From the IMG/VR virus record IMGVR_UViG_3300020151_000594, positions 1 to 25,790 of that record: DNA of 25,790 nucleotides; one strand, given 5' to 3'. Both the position numbers and the translations under genes were made by a program. The notes under the pieces are model-generated. The model was not told where the DNA came from. It did not search any database and was given only the letters and a program-made list of their open reading frames with translations. The DNA is from a virus (taxonomy: Duplodnaviria > Caudoviricetes). Shown here in pieces: positions 24,148 to 25,790 of the stretch; positions within the stretch are counted from its first letter, which is position 1, and the number at the start of each line of letters is the position of its first letter.

Positions 24148-25790
24148 TTACTTAATAACCCTCTTGTTCTAATTACTTTAGGTGAACTGGATATACCTAC
24201 TAACCCACCGTCATTGTAAACATCGAAAGATTGTGGGAATCCCAAAACTCTGTTTTGATAATCATAAATTGCGCCCCAACTATATCTTCCATAAAATCCA
24301 TTAGTTCCAATACCAGTTTGATTTTTACCTCTTGCATAAACTTGGACATAATTGTCGGATGGGGATTTGGGAGCAAAATTACAAGTAACTGTTACTATTC
24401 CAAGTGCAACATTTGGTGAAGTTACACTCTCAACTCTATATACTCCATTAATAAAGGAAATTGCAGTACCAACTTTGGAGTTTGGATAGTTAGACATTCC
24501 GCCTAATGCAGTTGTAATACCGATTAAATCGTGCCCAGTGGCAACATTACTATCACTAATGGTAAAGTAATCTCCAACTTCCAATTGTGGGTACAATACC
24601 CCGAAACTATTTAAGGAAGAATATCCAATTCCAAGACCATTATCATATGAATCCGATTTCAAAATAAATTCAATTTTTGGAGTAGTCGTTCCGATACCAG
24701 GAGTTCCAGCTAAAAATGTATTAATTCCAACAATTGTACCAAAATCTCCTTTTGATTTTATTGATACGAGTTTTTCTTTTTTAAAGATATCTTGTTCTAT
24801 AATAAATGGTGGTAGAGAATTTGTATCATATCCAAACCCACCATCAGTTATGATTACAGAAGTTACTATGCCAGCAGAAACAAAAGCTTCACCAGTCGCT
24901 TGATGGTAGATCGGAGTAGAGGATATGGATGTTCCACCATATCCAACCAATAGATAAGTTCCATCGTACCCAAGTGAAGGTACATTAATTATATCTTTAA
25001 TTAAATTGAATTGATTCGTATCCCTATATATCCAATTTGCAAGATTAAGTGAATAATAAAGATCTCCAGTAGTGGTTAGTCCTACATAAACTCCGTCACT
25101 ATAATTAATATCTACAAAATCAACAGAAACATTTGTAGGTATGGGAATATAACTAGATTTGTTACTTGATATTCCAATTTCTCCATTATTTCCTACAATA
25201 ATAAATCTTCCATTGGTATATATTACCTTATTGAGATCTACTGTGGTAAATTTAGTATCTTCTTCCCAGATTATTCCATTGGTGGAAGAAACTAGAGTTC
25301 CATTTGATCCAACAGCGACAAAATATCCACTTAATCTATCAGAAGAATAAGCAACACTATTCAAATCGGATAAAGTTTCGGAAAATCTGTTTATATAGGA
25401 ATCCGTAGAAATTCCTGTACCTGTAAAAATAGATCCTCCGGTTCCAACAGTAACGAAAGTATCGTATGAACTTGCATAGACAATATCATTCAAAGTACCA
25501 TTATAAGTTGTTGGAGTTCTACTGATGACTCCAAGACCTGGAATAGAAGCATCTTCTAATAAAGAAATTTTGGACCAAAGAGATATGGTGGATGCATATC
25601 CCGTAGATTTAATAACAGTAGCCAAATTACCTACTGATATAAACATAGAAGAATTGCCCAATCCAACTGAAGTTATAGCCTTAAAGTTCAAGTTACTCAA
25701 GTTGGTTGAATATCCAACAATGGAAGAACTATTCCATATTTCTCCATCCAAACTTGTAGACAAAATAGAAGAATTACCAACGGCAACAAA
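24144..25790 (-). CDS. gp7: C-terminal 548 aa of baseplate wedge initiator gp7 (5' end beyond the right edge)
   Basis: The frame is open through 25790 (FVAVGNSSILSTSLDGEIW...), so the track's TTG start at 25763 is internal. The C-terminal motifs GDFG.IVGI, GDYF.I..SN, YGRYSWG and SSP.V.R, and the position immediately upstream of gp8, fit cyanophage gp7. Confidence 0.8.
   Translation of the reverse strand, partial: FVAVGNSSILSTSLDGEIWNSSSIVGYSTNLSNLNFKAITSVGLGNSSMFISVGNLATVIKSTGYASTISLWSKISLLEDASIPGLGVISRTPTTYNGTLNDIVYASSYDTFVTVGTGGSIFTGTGISTDSYINRFSETLSDLNSVAYSSDRLSGYFVAVGSNGTLVSSTNGIIWEEDTKFTTVDLNKVIYTNGRFIIVGNNGEIGISSNKSSYIPIPTNVSVDFVDINYSDGVYVGLTTTGDLYYSLNLANWIYRDTNQFNLIKDIINVPSLGYDGTYLLVGYGGTSISSTPIYHQATGEAFVSAGIVTSVIITDGGFGYDTNSLPPFIIEQDIFKKEKLVSIKSKGDFGTIVGINTFLAGTPGIGTTTPKIEFILKSDSYDNGLGIGYSSLNSFGVLYPQLEVGDYFTISDSNVATGHDLIGITTALGGMSNYPNSKVGTAISFINGVYRVESVTSPNVALGIVTVTCNFAPKSPSDNYVQVYARGKNQTGIGTNGFYGRYSWGAIYDYQNRVLGFPQSFDVYNDGGLVGISSSPKVIRTRGLLSN

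Noticed and set aside
12482-25350. Plus-strand and shifted ORFs within the structural genes (e.g. 17418-17933, 18984-19355, 13253-13591)
   Set aside because: These are antisense or shifted shadows of well-supported genes, with no independent signals.
1-25790. Stop-codon reassignment as the reason the left 9 kb looks non-coding
   Set aside because: The frame is fully open in the standard code. Genes end in TAA or TGA and no read-through is needed.

Overview
AT-rich, densely coding segment of a large T4-like myophage genome, most consistent with a cyanophage (Kyanoviridae-type; the host is inferred). All real genes are on the minus strand. In transcription order they are: the C-terminal part of baseplate wedge initiator gp7 (with an inserted beta-propeller), baseplate wedge gp8, a 2495-aa VrlC/DUF4815-type structural protein, four small or medium virion proteins, a 1114-aa repeat-shuffled protein, and a giant (>3064 aa) tail fibre/tailspike gene starting at 9193. 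That last gene runs off the left edge and is missing from the supplied ORF track. T4-type late promoters (TATAAATA/NATAAATA) and one intrinsic terminator punctuate the cluster. The most striking observation is inside the giant fibre. Two helical domains there align by eye with phycobiliprotein (phycocyanin beta-type) subunits and keep both canonical bilin-attachment cysteine contexts (Cys84-like CxRD and Cys155-like CxxVxSxIxxY). One is nested inside the other, and both sit within a beta-helix tailspike domain. Nested 'Russian-doll' domain insertion recurs throughout these proteins. All translations and alignments were done by hand and reference sequences were recalled from memory; no searches were run.
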